Source of the DNA: Gammaproteobacteria bacterium
Lineage (GTDB): Bacteria > Pseudomonadota > Gammaproteobacteria > UBA4575
Direction of reading: 5' to 3'
Length of the DNA stretch: 64,000 bases
Assembly: GCA_965205685.1 (NCBI GenBank)
Contig: OZ242174.1
Coordinates: forward strand, 77,406-141,405
The position numbers were made by a program, and so were the translations under genes. Positions 9,750 to 20,037 of the stretch are shown one piece after another. Under the pieces are notes generated by a model. It was not told where the DNA came from. It saw only the letters and a list, made by a program, of their open reading frames with translations, and ran no database searches. Each line of letters begins with the position of its first letter. Position 1 is the first letter of the stretch.

Positions 9750-10996
9750 CAGCCCGGGATCATCTCATCGGCAAACAATTGTTCAACACTCTCGCGCTTG
9801 CGTATCAGCCATGCCTGATCGCCATCAACCAGAATCTCCGCCGGACGCATCCGGGAATTGTAGTTGCTTGCCATCACAAATCCGTATGCGCCCGCATCAT
9901 GGACCGCAAGAAGGCTGCCTTGCCTGATGCGCAAGCTGCGCTGGCTGCCGAACCAGTCCGAACTTTCACAAACGGGACCGACCACATCGTAGAGCACCTC
10001 GTCCCCGTCTTCTTCGCATACCGGGCTGATCTCATGCCAAGCCGAATACAAAGACGGGCGCAGAAAATCATTCATGGCGGCATCCACCAGCGCAAAGTTC
10101 TTATGCGCAGTGTGCTTCAAGTACTCAACCCTGCACAGCAGCAGACCTGCTTGGCCCACGATGGCACGGCCTGGTTCGACGACTAGCCCGAGTTCCCTGC
10201 CTTGCATGAAAGAACTCAATACCTGCGCATACTCGCGCGGACCCGGGGCAACATCCGCGGGGGCATACGGGATTCCCAGCCCGCCGCCCACGTCCACATG
10301 CTGCAGCTGAATACCATGCCCGTGTAGGCGGTCCACCAGTTCAAAAATTTTCTCGAAACAGGCCTGGAAGGGAGCCAGGTCCAGCAATTGAGAGCCGATG
10401 TGGCAGTCTACACCTACAGCATGCAGGTGGCTGCTTCCGGCAATCCTCTGGTAGAGCTCCCATGCCTGATCAATCTCCACACCGAACTTATTGTCTTTCA
10501 GGCCTGTGGAGATGTACGGGTGTGTGCTTGGATCGACATCCGGGTTGACGCGCAGGGAAACACTGGCAGGAATACCCATTTCCTTGGCAATGGACTCCAT
10601 GCGGTCAAGCTCTTCCTGGGATTCAATATTGAAGCAGTAGATTCCGGCAAGCAGGGCACGGCGAATCTCGTCAGAACGCTTTGCGACACCGGAAAAGACG
10701 ACTTTTCCAGCATCTCCGCCTGCTCGGATCACCCGCTCCAACTCACCTCCCGAGACCACGTCAAAGCCGGCACCGAGCTGGGCCAGTAGGTTCAAAATAG
10801 CCAAGTTGGAGTTCGCCTTCACCGCATAACAGATTCTCGTCGGCCAATCCTGCAAAGCGTCAGCAAATGCCCGATAGTTATCTTGTATACAGGCCTTCGA
10901 ATAAACATAGCAGGGTGTTCCGTAAGCGCCCGCAAGTTTCGAACAGCTTACTTCCTCGGCATACAGCAGATTGTCACGATACGTAAATGGGTTCAT
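9749..10996 (-). CDS. lysA: Diaminopimelate decarboxylase LysA
   Basis: 415 aa, PLP-dependent fold type III. It starts MNPFTYRDNLLYAEEVSCSKLAGAYGTPCYVYS and contains ...CYAVKAN... and ...GGGLGIPY. Confidence 0.9.
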   Translation of the reverse strand: MNPFTYRDNLLYAEEVSCSKLAGAYGTPCYVYSKACIQDNYRAFADALQDWPTRICYAVKANSNLAILNLLAQLGAGFDVVSGGELERVIRAGGDAGKVVFSGVAKRSDEIRRALLAGIYCFNIESQEELDRMESIAKEMGIPASVSLRVNPDVDPSTHPYISTGLKDNKFGVEIDQAWELYQRIAGSSHLHAVGVDCHIGSQLLDLAPFQACFEKIFELVDRLHGHGIQLQHVDVGGGLGIPYAPADVAPGPREYAQVLSSFMQGRELGLVVEPGRAIVGQAGLLLCRVEYLKHTAHKNFALVDAAMNDFLRPSLYSAWHEISPVCEEDGDEVLYDVVGPVCESSDWFGSQRSLRIRQGSLLAVHDAGAYGFVMASNYNSRMRPAEILVDGDQAWLIRKRESVEQLFADEMIPG

Positions 10997-11035
10997 AAGA
11001 TAGATGTGTCCGTGTGTACCCCTTGGTCACACAAA

Positions 11036-11140
11036 CTAGTTGGAGGATTGACCTTTGACCTTTTGTTTAGGAACATCCTCTGGCAGATAGAGATCACCGG
11101 TCTGACCACACCCCGCAACGGCAACAAGGAAGGAGAACAT
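11036..11140 (-). CDS. Small lipoprotein of the LptM/YifL/LppL family
   Basis: Manual translation gives MFSFLVAVAGCGQTGDLYLPEDVPKQKVKGQSSN (34 aa). It has the lipobox VAGC followed by the GxLYLP motif typical of LptM/YifL. Its position just upstream of lysA matches lppL-lysA-dapF in Pseudomonas. It is below the ORF-track size cutoff, and the RBS is weak. Confidence 0.5.
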   Translation of the reverse strand: MFSFLVAVAGCGQTGDLYLPEDVPKQKVKGQSSN

Positions 11141-11241
11141 CAAAATAAAGACATATAATCTCGGCTGTAACACGGACGCACCCCTCTTTAAACCAGATGT
11201 CATTGTATAGACCATTCCGCTGACAGGAAACCACCACTGCC

Positions 11242-11904
11242 ATGGCCTTGACCGCCGTCACGATTGACACCCAAGATCACCCGGAGCATGCCGTAATCTG
11301 GCTGCATGGCCTTGGCGCAAGCGGGCATGATTTCGAGCCTGTTGTCGAGCAGCTTGATCTCCCTGCGAACCTGCGTGTGCGTTTTGTTTTCCCGCATGCC
11401 CCAACTCGTCCGATCACCCTGAATAACGGCATTCCACTGAAGGCATGGTACGACATTTATGGTCTTGACATGGACAGCCCGCAGGATGAAAAAGGCCTGC
11501 GGCAAAGCACAAGTGACGTCTGTGCGCTGATCGAGCAACTCGTGCAGTCCGGTATAGCTGCAGAGCGGATCATTCTTGCAGGCTTTTCACAGGGGGGTGC
11601 GCAATGCCTGTATACGGGACTATCCTGCGGCTACCCACTGGCAGGAATCTTGGCGATCTCCTGCTGGCTGCCACTGCACAAGAAATTTCCGGAATACGCC
11701 CTCAGAGCGGACCGCTCGCTGCCGATCCTGCTGTTGCATGGCATGTATGACGTGACGATCCCGATTAGCGCGGCTCAGTCCACCTGCGAGACCCTCGAAC
11801 AACACGGATTTACCGTCGCCTGGCAATCCTACCCATGCGCCCACACGGTCTCCCCGCAAGAAATCAGGGACATCCGCGCCTGGTTGCTGGAGTGCTGGCA
11901 GTAA
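11242..11904 (+). CDS. Carboxylesterase/phospholipase-family alpha/beta hydrolase
   Basis: 220 aa with the nucleophile elbow GFSQGG, and ...WLHGLGASGHDF... resembling carboxylesterase 2. Confidence 0.7.
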   Translation: MALTAVTIDTQDHPEHAVIWLHGLGASGHDFEPVVEQLDLPANLRVRFVFPHAPTRPITLNNGIPLKAWYDIYGLDMDSPQDEKGLRQSTSDVCALIEQLVQSGIAAERIILAGFSQGGAQCLYTGLSCGYPLAGILAISCWLPLHKKFPEYALRADRSLPILLLHGMYDVTIPISAAQSTCETLEQHGFTVAWQSYPCAHTVSPQEIRDIRAWLLECWQ

Positions 11905-11913
11905 CGTGCTTTG

Positions 11914-13314
11914 TCAGGAGCTCCCGAACTCCTTCAAACGCTGATGCGCACGCTTGACCTGTGCGGCCACCTGTTGCGGTGAAGTGCCGCCGTAAGTGTT
12001 TTTGGAATTCACGGAGCCCTGCAGGGAAAGGATGTCGAATACATCTTCTTCGATTTGCGGGCTGAAGTTCTGCAATTCCTGCACGCTGAGTTCATCCAGC
12101 CGTTTTTGCTTGGCAACCGCATACTGAACGACCCGGCCGACGATTTCGTGCGCATCCCGAAACGGCACTTCTTTCCGTACCAGGTAATCCGCAAGATCGG
12201 TAGCCGTCGCATGACCCTGCTGCGCCGCCGCAAGCAGCTGATCCCGGTTCACCTGCAGGTGCGGCAACATATTGGCGAAGGCGATGACACAGTCGTTAAC
12301 CGTATCGATGGTATCAAAAAGGGGTTCCTTGTCTTCCTGGTTGTCCTTGTTGTAGGCCAATGGCTGACTTTTCATGAGCGTCAGCAGGGCGAAAAGATTA
12401 GCGTACACGCGAGCGCTCTTGCCGCGCACGAGTTCAGGAACATCGGGATTCTTTTTTTGCGGCATGATCGATGAACCGGTACAAAAGCGGTCCGGCAGCT
12501 CAACAAAATTGAATTGTGCCGAGGTCCACAACACAAGTTCTTCCGCAATGCGCGACAGATGCACAAACAGGATGGCTGCAAAGGCACAGAACTCAATGGC
12601 AAAATCGCGGTCACTGACCGCATCCAGACTGTTGTCGCAAGGTCCCGCAAACTGCAGCTGCTGGGCTACAAACTCCTGGTCCAGAGGGAAGCTGCTGCCT
12701 GCAAGCGCCGCAGCGCCCAGCGGCAACACATTCACGCCTTCACGGCAGCGTGAAAGACGTGCCCGGTCACGATGAATCATTTCAAACCAAGCCAGCATGT
12801 GGTGTCCGAACGTGATGGCTTGCGCGACCTGCAAGTGTGTAAAACCGGGCATGATGGTATCGACTTCACGCTCCGCCAGCGTAATGATGGCCAGCTGCAG
12901 TTTTTCCAGCTGCGGGTCAATTTCATCAATGGCTTCGCGCAGATACAGGCGCACGTCGGTTACCACCTGGTCATTGCGTGAGCGGCCAGCATGCAGGCGC
13001 TTTCCTGAATCACCTGCCAATTCGACCAGACGCGACTCAATGTTCATGTGCAGGTCTTCCAAAGCGCTATCCCACGGGAACGTACCGGATTCGATCTCTG
13101 CGGAAATCGTGTCCAGTGCCTGCAGCAGCTTGTCACAGTCCCGGTCATCCAGTACGCCAATGCGCGCGAGCATCCGGGCATGCGCACGAGAAGCCAGAAT
13201 GTCTTGCCTGTACAATCGTTGATCAAATCCCACGGATGCATTGAACTGCTCGACAAACTCATCTGTCGCCTCGCTAAATCGTCCACCCCATGGCTTTGTG
13301 CTTTTTTCCTTCAT
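11914..13314 (-). CDS. argH: Argininosuccinate lyase ArgH
   Basis: Contains [31 protein letters not shown]... and the fumarate-lyase signature [12 protein letters not shown]. The likely start is [13 protein letters not shown]; the track ORF starts 13 codons upstream at 13353. Confidence 0.9.
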   Translation of the reverse strand: MKEKSTKPWGGRFSEATDEFVEQFNASVGFDQRLYRQDILASRAHARMLARIGVLDDRDCDKLLQALDTISAEIESGTFPWDSALEDLHMNIESRLVELAGDSGKRLHAGRSRNDQVVTDVRLYLREAIDEIDPQLEKLQLAIITLAEREVDTIMPGFTHLQVAQAITFGHHMLAWFEMIHRDRARLSRCREGVNVLPLGAAALAGSSFPLDQEFVAQQLQFAGPCDNSLDAVSDRDFAIEFCAFAAILFVHLSRIAEELVLWTSAQFNFVELPDRFCTGSSIMPQKKNPDVPELVRGKSARVYANLFALLTLMKSQPLAYNKDNQEDKEPLFDTIDTVNDCVIAFANMLPHLQVNRDQLLAAAQQGHATATDLADYLVRKEVPFRDAHEIVGRVVQYAVAKQKRLDELSVQELQNFSPQIEEDVFDILSLQGSVNSKNTYGGTSPQQVAAQVKRAHQRLKEFGSS

Positions 13315-13490
13315 CCAACCGGTTCCAGTAATCAAAAAGGGATTATCCCCCAAATCAGCCTAAGCTTAACGGCTACTTTGTGTAAATCAAAAATTTTAAG
13401 TAACTGAAGAACTTTTTACTTCCAAAGCAGTAGAAAATACAGCACAGTGCCCACTCCGATTGACTGAACGAAGAGTACGAACAATTTTTT

Positions 13491-14405
13491 GTGCATGTAA
13501 GAATCGCCACCCGTAACAGTGCACTTGCCCTGTGGCAGGCTGAAGAGGTGTCGCGACTGCTGCGACAGGCGCATTCCGGGCTGTCTACGGAACTGGTCAA
13601 AATGACTACCACTGGAGACCGTCTGTTAGAGAAGTCTCTGGCAACACAGGGCGGGAAAGGCCTGTTCATCAAGGAATTGGAACACGGGCTGCTGGAAGAT
13701 CAGGCGGACATCGCCGTGCACTCCATGAAAGACGTGCCGGTGGAACTCCCTTCTGAACTGCATCTACCCGTCATACTCAAACGAGAGAACCCATACGATG
13801 CGCTCGTATCAAACCGGTATGCGACCCTTGAGACACTGCCAGAAAACGCGACCATCGGGACCGCGAGCCTGCGCCGAGCCTGTCAACTCAAAGCATCATT
13901 TCCGGGGTTCAAGATCAAGCTTTTGCGTGGCAATGTCAGTACCCGGCTTGCCAGACTGGACGCAGGGGATTATGACGCCATCCTGCTGGCAGTCGCCGGG
14001 CTGAAACGTCTTGGCCTCGAGCAACGCGTTCGCACATGCCTAACCGTGAAACAGATGGTGCCGGCCATCGGCCAAGGTGCGATCGGCATTGAATGCCGCC
14101 GGGACGATCCGCGGATCGAACCCCTGATCCGACCACTCAGCCACGAAGACACCCAAATTTGTATTTTGGCAGAGCGTGCTGTCAGCCAAGCCCTGCAAGG
14201 AGGATGTCAACTTCCGATAGCCGGATTTGCCAAGCTGGATCGCGAAAGACTTGTCCTGTGCGCACTCGTGGGCGATCCGGAAGGCGGACAGATTTGTCGC
14301 AGCGAACGTACCGGCCATAGAGAGGATCCCGTTCTGCTGGGCCAGCAGGTTGCAGCTGACCTGCGCGTGCAGGGTGCCGACAAAATCCTGGCAGGATTAT
14401 CCTGA
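13491..14405 (+). CDS. hemC: Hydroxymethylbilane synthase (porphobilinogen deaminase) HemC
   Basis: GTG start. VRIATRNSALALWQAEEV... is the HemC N-terminus. 304 aa. Confidence 0.9.
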   Translation: MHVRIATRNSALALWQAEEVSRLLRQAHSGLSTELVKMTTTGDRLLEKSLATQGGKGLFIKELEHGLLEDQADIAVHSMKDVPVELPSELHLPVILKRENPYDALVSNRYATLETLPENATIGTASLRRACQLKASFPGFKIKLLRGNVSTRLARLDAGDYDAILLAVAGLKRLGLEQRVRTCLTVKQMVPAIGQGAIGIECRRDDPRIEPLIRPLSHEDTQICILAERAVSQALQGGCQLPIAGFAKLDRERLVLCALVGDPEGGQICRSERTGHREDPVLLGQQVAADLRVQGADKILAGLS

Positions 14406-14445
14406 CCCGGGTTTTGATGTTGGTATACGCAAGCAAACGAAAGTA

Positions 14446-15225
14446 ATGAGCATGACCGGTCGCGAACCTCTGACAGACAAGACCATTGTAGTTACCCGCC
14501 CGGTGGCCCAGGCCCAAAACCTGCTGTTATCCCTGAAAAAATTCCCGGTCAAGATCGTGCATTTCCCCACGATTGACATCCGCTCGGTGGAGAACCCCAG
14601 TGTGGCAACCAGCCTGTTTCAAAACCTGGCAACTTACGACACTGTCATTTTCAGCAGTGCGAATGCAGTGCACCATGCGATGCCGTTGATGCAGAAACTG
14701 CGATTGACATTCAGCACACAGTGCATTGCAACGTTGGGACCGGCAACTCAGGCTGCCCTGAGCCAGTATGGCGTGCAAACAGACATCGTGCCCAAAACCG
14801 GATTCCGCAGTGAAGACCTGCTGGCCGAGGAAGAACTGCAAGGACAATCAATACTGATTGTTCGGGGGGTCGGCGGGCGCGAGCACCTGGCTCGCGAACT
14901 GCGTTCCCGCGGTGCCAAGGTAGACATTGCTGAAGTTTACCGTCGCTCGTGTCCCGCAACACGCCCCACAATGGACCTTTGCACTTGCCCCGTAAAAGAA
15001 TCAGCCATACTGATCTACAGTGTCGAGTCAGCCCACAACCTGTGGGCCCTGTGTGCGGCCGATGAACGAAGATGGATGACCAAGGTTGCGCTCATTGCTG
15101 GAAGCCAGCGTATTGGCGAAACTACCACCGCCATCGGTTATACGAAAAGCCCTATAATAGCCAGTAATGCCAGCGATGCTGCCATGCTGGAGGCTCTGCA
15201 AACATGGGCCAAGGAATCCAGCTAA
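14446..15225 (+). CDS. hemD: Uroporphyrinogen-III synthase HemD
   Basis: MSMTGREPLTDKTIVVTRPVAQA... with the HemD fold, immediately after hemC. The track ORF starts at 14227 inside hemC; the internal ATG at 14446 is more plausible. Confidence 0.8.
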   Translation: MSMTGREPLTDKTIVVTRPVAQAQNLLLSLKKFPVKIVHFPTIDIRSVENPSVATSLFQNLATYDTVIFSSANAVHHAMPLMQKLRLTFSTQCIATLGPATQAALSQYGVQTDIVPKTGFRSEDLLAEEELQGQSILIVRGVGGREHLARELRSRGAKVDIAEVYRRSCPATRPTMDLCTCPVKESAILIYSVESAHNLWALCAADERRWMTKVALIAGSQRIGETTTAIGYTKSPIIASNASDAAMLEALQTWAKESS

Positions 15226-15244
15226 ACACACAGCACGCCAAACG

Positions 15245-16330
15245 ATGGACGTTCAACAACCAACCTCACCCTCCGAGTCGAGCCCAGGCGCCCCGGAAAA
15301 ATCGAGTGGCCGAAAACTTCTCAGCGGTCTTGTCCTTCCAACCCTGTTCATAGTTTTGCTGCTCGCTGGTGGCAGCCTTGCATATTATGCATGGCTCGGA
15401 CTCAATGAGCGTCTAGTTCAAGCCTCGACAGAGCGCCAATCCCTGGCTGACGATATTGCCACCATTGATAAGAGCACGGAGTTTCTGGGTTTCAAAGAGG
15501 AATTGCAGCAGCAGATCACAGCACTTGAACAGCAAGTGACGGGACTTTCCAAACAAGTGAAGCAACAGGTGGACCAGCAGGAAAACACCCGTAGCTTCGT
15601 GCAACAATCCCTAGCCAGTGTCAACCGGAGCCAGCTGGAATGGGGACTGAACGAGACCTTGTATATTTTGCATCTGGCCAGTCATCGTTTGCTCATTGAG
15701 CGTGACATTCCAGGAACCATTGCCGCCCTGGATATCGCAAGCACTCGCCTGCATGAACTCAATGACCCTCGCCTGCTCCCCGTACGCGAATCCATCTCCA
15801 GACAGATTCAAAAACTGAAAACCGTTCCCGATACAGACTGGGTGGGTATCAGTCTGCAGCTCAACAATTTGCTGGGCAGGATTCGCCAGGACAGCGTCAA
15901 CGCCAAGCCAGCACCAAATCAGCGATCTGAACCTCGCCTGCCAGACCACCAAGAAGGCAAGCCGGATTTGTGGCAAAAGCTCACCGGCCAGGTGAGAGAC
16001 TTCATTGACGACTCCATCACCATCACCCGAAAGGCATCGCCATCAAACCTGTCAGCCAAACACCGGGGGGGGTCCCAGACCCACGAATTTCTCCAGGCCC
16101 GATTGCTCAGTGCCAAATATGCCTTGGCGAGTCGCGACAGCCAAGGCTACCATCATGAACTTGAATCAGCGCTGACATGGCTTGAAGCATCAGCACCCCT
16201 GAACAACATAAGTGAACTGGCCGACGAACTGAGTGCCTTAAACTCCGTGAATCTTGAGCCGGAGCTTCCAGACATCAGTGAACCAAGCACCCTTCTGGCG
16301 GAGTTGCTTGAAAATATAGAGAGTCGCTAA
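15245..16330 (+). CDS. hemX: HemX family membrane-anchored protein (annotated in relatives as putative uroporphyrinogen-III C-methyltransferase)
   Basis: MDVQQPTSPS... with a low-complexity N-terminus, one TM (LVLPTLFIVLLLAGGSLAYYAW) and a coiled-coil. It lies in hemC-hemD-hemX-hemY order. Confidence 0.75.
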   Translation: MDVQQPTSPSESSPGAPEKSSGRKLLSGLVLPTLFIVLLLAGGSLAYYAWLGLNERLVQASTERQSLADDIATIDKSTEFLGFKEELQQQITALEQQVTGLSKQVKQQVDQQENTRSFVQQSLASVNRSQLEWGLNETLYILHLASHRLLIERDIPGTIAALDIASTRLHELNDPRLLPVRESISRQIQKLKTVPDTDWVGISLQLNNLLGRIRQDSVNAKPAPNQRSEPRLPDHQEGKPDLWQKLTGQVRDFIDDSITITRKASPSNLSAKHRGGSQTHEFLQARLLSAKYALASRDSQGYHHELESALTWLEASAPLNNISELADELSALNSVNLEPELPDISEPSTLLAELLENIESR

Positions 16331-17521
16331 ATGCTGCGTTCCTTGCTTATTTTCATGGTTTTTCTGATCCTCTTCGCAGGCATCATTCTATATGTCATGC
16401 AGGCACCGGGGCTTGCGGTCTTCACCTATGGTGATGTCATGGTCGAGCTGCCATTGGTCCGGTTTGTAGTCGGGGCTTGCGTTGCAGTGGTCGTACTGTA
16501 TTTGGCCTTGCGCCTGCTTGGCCTCGTATTCAACGCACCCCTTCGGCTGCGCGCCGCTCGTTCCAGACGCAGTCAGCGCAAAGCCGCCGTGGATACAAGC
16601 CAGGGGCTGGTCAAGTTTGCCTCAGGGGACTGGCGGCAGGCAGAGAAGCTGCTGATACGGGGGGCTGGTGAAGTCCGCAGTGCACACATCAACTACATCT
16701 GGGCAGCGCGCGCTGCACAACATAACGGGAACACCGAATTGCGTGACCAGTATCTGGAACAGGCAGAAAAATCCATGCCGGAAAAGCAGGCAGCACTTGA
16801 CATTCTTCGCGCAGAATTCCTTTTGCAACAGGGCCAGCCCGAACAGAGTCTGGCCTGCATTGAGTCGTTCAGCGGGAAGATTGCCAACAACTCCAAAATT
16901 GCTGGCCTGTTTGCCAGTGCATATGAACAACTGCACGACTGGCAGCAACTCGCAGGCATTATCCCCGACCTGGAAAAGAACCACAGTATTCGCCCCGAGA
17001 CACTCGAGAATATACGGAAAAACACCGTTTGTGGACTGCTTGAAGCGTCCAAGCATGGCGAAACCGCCGAAGATATCGAACATCTTGGCAAGCGATTCAG
17101 GAGTACAATTACAACTGATGACGGGCTGGCGGTGGCCTACGTCAAAGCACTGCGGGCGCAGGGCAGGCACCGGGCAGCCGCAGCCTTGATAACGGACATG
17201 TTGGACAGTCACTGGAGTCCAGGATTGGCCCGACAATTCGGTTTACTGGAACATGTGGATGTCACATCTGCACTGCAACAGGCCGAGCGGTGGATTGCCC
17301 AGCACGATCACGATGCCAGCTTACACCTGACACTGGGGCGCCTGTGTAAACGAGCCGAACTTTGGGACAAGGCAAAGAACTACCTCGAATCCAGCCTGGA
17401 CTTGGAACCCTTGGCCGAGACTTGTGCCGAACTTGCGGCTTTGCACGAGCACCTCAATGAGACTGAGACTGCATACCACTACACGAAAAAAGGACTGGGT
17501 CTGGCCACCCGGATCACATGA
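16331..17521 (+). CDS. hemY: HemY-family TPR membrane protein
   Basis: 396 aa with two N-terminal TM helices followed by TPR repeats. The ATG directly abuts the hemX stop. Confidence 0.8.
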   Translation: MLRSLLIFMVFLILFAGIILYVMQAPGLAVFTYGDVMVELPLVRFVVGACVAVVVLYLALRLLGLVFNAPLRLRAARSRRSQRKAAVDTSQGLVKFASGDWRQAEKLLIRGAGEVRSAHINYIWAARAAQHNGNTELRDQYLEQAEKSMPEKQAALDILRAEFLLQQGQPEQSLACIESFSGKIANNSKIAGLFASAYEQLHDWQQLAGIIPDLEKNHSIRPETLENIRKNTVCGLLEASKHGETAEDIEHLGKRFRSTITTDDGLAVAYVKALRAQGRHRAAAALITDMLDSHWSPGLARQFGLLEHVDVTSALQQAERWIAQHDHDASLHLTLGRLCKRAELWDKAKNYLESSLDLEPLAETCAELAALHEHLNETETAYHYTKKGLGLATRIT

Positions 17522-17598
17522 GGCAGGCCACTTGCTTGAACCCCATCTTTGTCGTAAGTATTCTGCGACATGAATAGTCCTACGTACGGCAATAAGCC

Positions 17599-18087
17599 AT
17601 GCTGATTCGTATATTGATAGCGGCATCCCTGCTACTCCTCTTGTGGATATTGTTGTCTGGACATCTGGGCATCCTGCTGCTGTCTTTGGGCATTGCCAGC
17701 GGCTTGCTGGTCGCCTGGCTCATCCACAGGCTCGCGCTTCAAAACTCTAACTTCAATACACTGTATTTCAGCCTTAATTTGCCCAGATTTTTGCCCTGGT
17801 TTTTTCTGGAAGTGGTCCGTTCCAATCTGGATGTCAGCTGGAGAATACTGCATCCAAAATTACCGATTTCCCCCAACACAAGTACCGTTTCCACATCAAA
17901 ACTCAACGATGTGGCCACGACCACCTATGCAAACTGCATCACTTTGACCCCGGGCACATATACACTGAATGTTGACGATCAAACCATCGAAGTGCACTCA
18001 CTGACTCAAGAGACGGCCGAGAAACTGCAGCAGGGAAAAATGAAGGAACGGATTTCTGCCCTGCAAGGGCGCCACAATACTTCCTGA
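17599..18087 (+). CDS. Mrp/Mnh/Mbh antiporter subunit E-like
   Basis: 162 aa with two N-terminal TM helices and ...ANCITLTPGTYTLNVDDQTIEVHSL, which resembles MrpE. Confidence 0.75.
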   Translation: MLIRILIAASLLLLLWILLSGHLGILLLSLGIASGLLVAWLIHRLALQNSNFNTLYFSLNLPRFLPWFFLEVVRSNLDVSWRILHPKLPISPNTSTVSTSKLNDVATTTYANCITLTPGTYTLNVDDQTIEVHSLTQETAEKLQQGKMKERISALQGRHNTS

Positions 18088-18103
18088 AACTGCACAGGGT
18101 CTT

Positions 18104-18373
18104 ATGTTTACTACCGCATTCATTGCCATTCTAGTCGTCATGTTTGTCCTGCTGCTGCGTGTGGCTCTTGGACCCACAATTTTTGACCGCATCCTGGCCA
18201 TCAACACATTTGGCACTGCAATCGTCTTGTTGATCGCATTATTCGGATTTTTGACCGCACGGCCGGATTTCCTGGACATCGCGCTGCTTTATGCGCTGAT
18301 AAATTTCATATCGACGATTGCAGTACTGAAATTGTTCCGACACGACTCTCTGGGGAAATCTGTCGATGAGTGA
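18104..18373 (+). CDS. Mrp antiporter subunit F-like
   Basis: 89 aa with 3 TM helices and ...DRILAINTFGTAIVLLIALFGF..., the MrpF/PhaF pattern. Confidence 0.75.
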   Translation: MFTTAFIAILVVMFVLLLRVALGPTIFDRILAINTFGTAIVLLIALFGFLTARPDFLDIALLYALINFISTIAVLKLFRHDSLGKSVDE

Positions 18374-18382
18374 GGTCTGGGC

Positions 18383-18700
18383 ATGTTTGTAGTCAGCTGG
18401 ATACTGCTTGTACTAGGCAGTGTGTTTTGCTTGATTGGAACCCTGGGGCTCATGCGCCTGCCGGATTTTTATACCAGGGTGCATGCAGCCAGCATCATAG
18501 ACAGCCTGGGGGCCATACTGATTTTGCTGGGTCTGATCACACAATCGCAGGATCCGTTGGTGATCATCAAACTGATTCTGATCCTGCTGTTCATGATGCT
18601 CACCGGCCCCACCGCAGTACATGCCCTGGCGCACACCGCAGTGCTCAGCGAAAAAAACCAGGCTTCGGATCAAAATTCTGAGCACTCCCAAGAGCCCTGA
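18383..18700 (+). CDS. Mrp antiporter subunit G-like
   Basis: 105 aa with 3 TM helices and ...GTLGLMRLPDFYTRVHAASIIDSLG..., the MnhG/PhaG signature. Confidence 0.75.
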   Translation: MFVVSWILLVLGSVFCLIGTLGLMRLPDFYTRVHAASIIDSLGAILILLGLITQSQDPLVIIKLILILLFMMLTGPTAVHALAHTAVLSEKNQASDQNSEHSQEP

Positions 18701-18706
18701 AAGCCT

Positions 18707-19255
18707 GTGGACATAGAAACCATCGTCAATTTTTCGCTTCTGACCCTGCTGGCGCTTACAGTGATCGTGCTGATACGCATGAAAAGTCTGCTGGCCATCG
18801 CACTATCGAGCGGCGTCTATAGTTTCTTGTCAGCGGGTCTGTTCGTGGCAATGGATGCGGTGGATGTCGCATTCACCGAAGCTGCCGTAGGTGCTGGAAT
18901 CACTACCATACTGCTTCTGGGAACCATTGCAATCACGGGGCGGGAACAGACTGTCAGCAAGCATAAAAGGTTTCTGCCGATTGCAGTAATCACGATTACG
19001 GGGGCAGCCCTGATCTACGGAACACTGGACATGCCCCTGTACGGGGATGCAAATGCCCCCATTCACACCCATGTTGCACCACATTACCTGACACAAAGCA
19101 GCGAGGAGATTGGCATACCCAATGTTGTGACTTCTGTGCTGGCAAGTTATCGAGGCTACGACACACTGGGTGAAGTCGCAGTGATCTTCACAGCGGCTGT
19201 GGGGGTCTTGCTTTTACTTGGAAAAACAGCAAAGCGAGGCGGGCGCAAACAATGA
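18707..19255 (+). CDS. MrpB-related membrane subunit (DUF4040 / MbhD-like)
   Basis: 182 aa from a GTG start with 4-5 TM helices. It resembles the DUF4040 domain that precedes MnhB in Mbh-type clusters and the C-terminal domain of MrpA. Confidence 0.6.
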   Translation: MDIETIVNFSLLTLLALTVIVLIRMKSLLAIALSSGVYSFLSAGLFVAMDAVDVAFTEAAVGAGITTILLLGTIAITGREQTVSKHKRFLPIAVITITGAALIYGTLDMPLYGDANAPIHTHVAPHYLTQSSEEIGIPNVVTSVLASYRGYDTLGEVAVIFTAAVGVLLLLGKTAKRGGRKQ

Positions 19256-19674
19256 ATCACCGTTCCAGCTTGATATTGCGAGAAGTCTGCAGGCTGGTTA
19301 TCCCTGCAGTCATGCTGTTTGCCCTGTATGTGCAGTTTCATGGAGAGTATGGACCCGGTGGTGGCTTTCAAGCAGGCGTAATATTTGCTGCTGCAATGAT
19401 CCTTTATGCGTTGATATATGGCCGGCAGAAGGCCCAACGCATTCTGCCCACCGAGACTGTCCGTTATTTCATTGCAGCAGGCGTACTGCTGTATACCGGA
19501 GTTGGTGTGGCAACCATGCTGCTGGGTGGAAATTTCCTGGACTACAATGTGTTGCTGCAGGGTCATCAGCAAGCCCAGCATCTGGGCATTTTTCTTATTG
19601 AACTTGGGGTGGGCATCACGGTGGGTACTGTCATGATTGCAATTTTTTACACGCTAGACGAGTTCTGCGAATAG
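19252..19674 (+). CDS. Mrp antiporter subunit B (MnhB domain)
   Basis: 140 aa with ...FHGEYGPGGGFQAGVIFAAA..., the MnhB signature. It overlaps the previous gene by 4 nt. Confidence 0.75.
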   Translation: MNHRSSLILREVCRLVIPAVMLFALYVQFHGEYGPGGGFQAGVIFAAAMILYALIYGRQKAQRILPTETVRYFIAAGVLLYTGVGVATMLLGGNFLDYNVLLQGHQQAQHLGIFLIELGVGITVGTVMIAIFYTLDEFCE

Positions 19675-19677
19675 GCA

Positions 19678-20037
19678 ATGATCACAGGCTATTTCAATTA
19701 CTGGGTCGTGATCATTTTGATGATGATGGGTTTTTATATTGTCATCTCAGACTCCAACCTAATCAAAAAAATTATCGGGCTGAATATTTTTCAAACCTCG
19801 GTATTCATACTGTTTATCTCCATGAGCAAGGTGAAAGGAGGGACTGCACCCATACTGATTGCTGAGGCCGACGTATATTCGAATCCACTACCGCATGTCC
19901 TGATACTGACAGCAATCGTGGTTGGGGTGTCAACATCCGCGCTGGGACTTGCGATCATTGCCAGAATCCACCGGGCTTACGGCACCGTCGACGAAACCAT
20001 CATTCACGAACAGGATGATCTTCAGGACGAAAACTAG
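19678..20037 (+). CDS. Mrp antiporter subunit C (NuoK-like)
   Basis: 119 aa with 3 TM helices and ...IGLNIFQTSVFILFIS..., NuoK/MrpC-like. Confidence 0.75.
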   Translation: MITGYFNYWVVIILMMMGFYIVISDSNLIKKIIGLNIFQTSVFILFISMSKVKGGTAPILIAEADVYSNPLPHVLILTAIVVGVSTSALGLAIIARIHRAYGTVDETIIHEQDDLQDEN

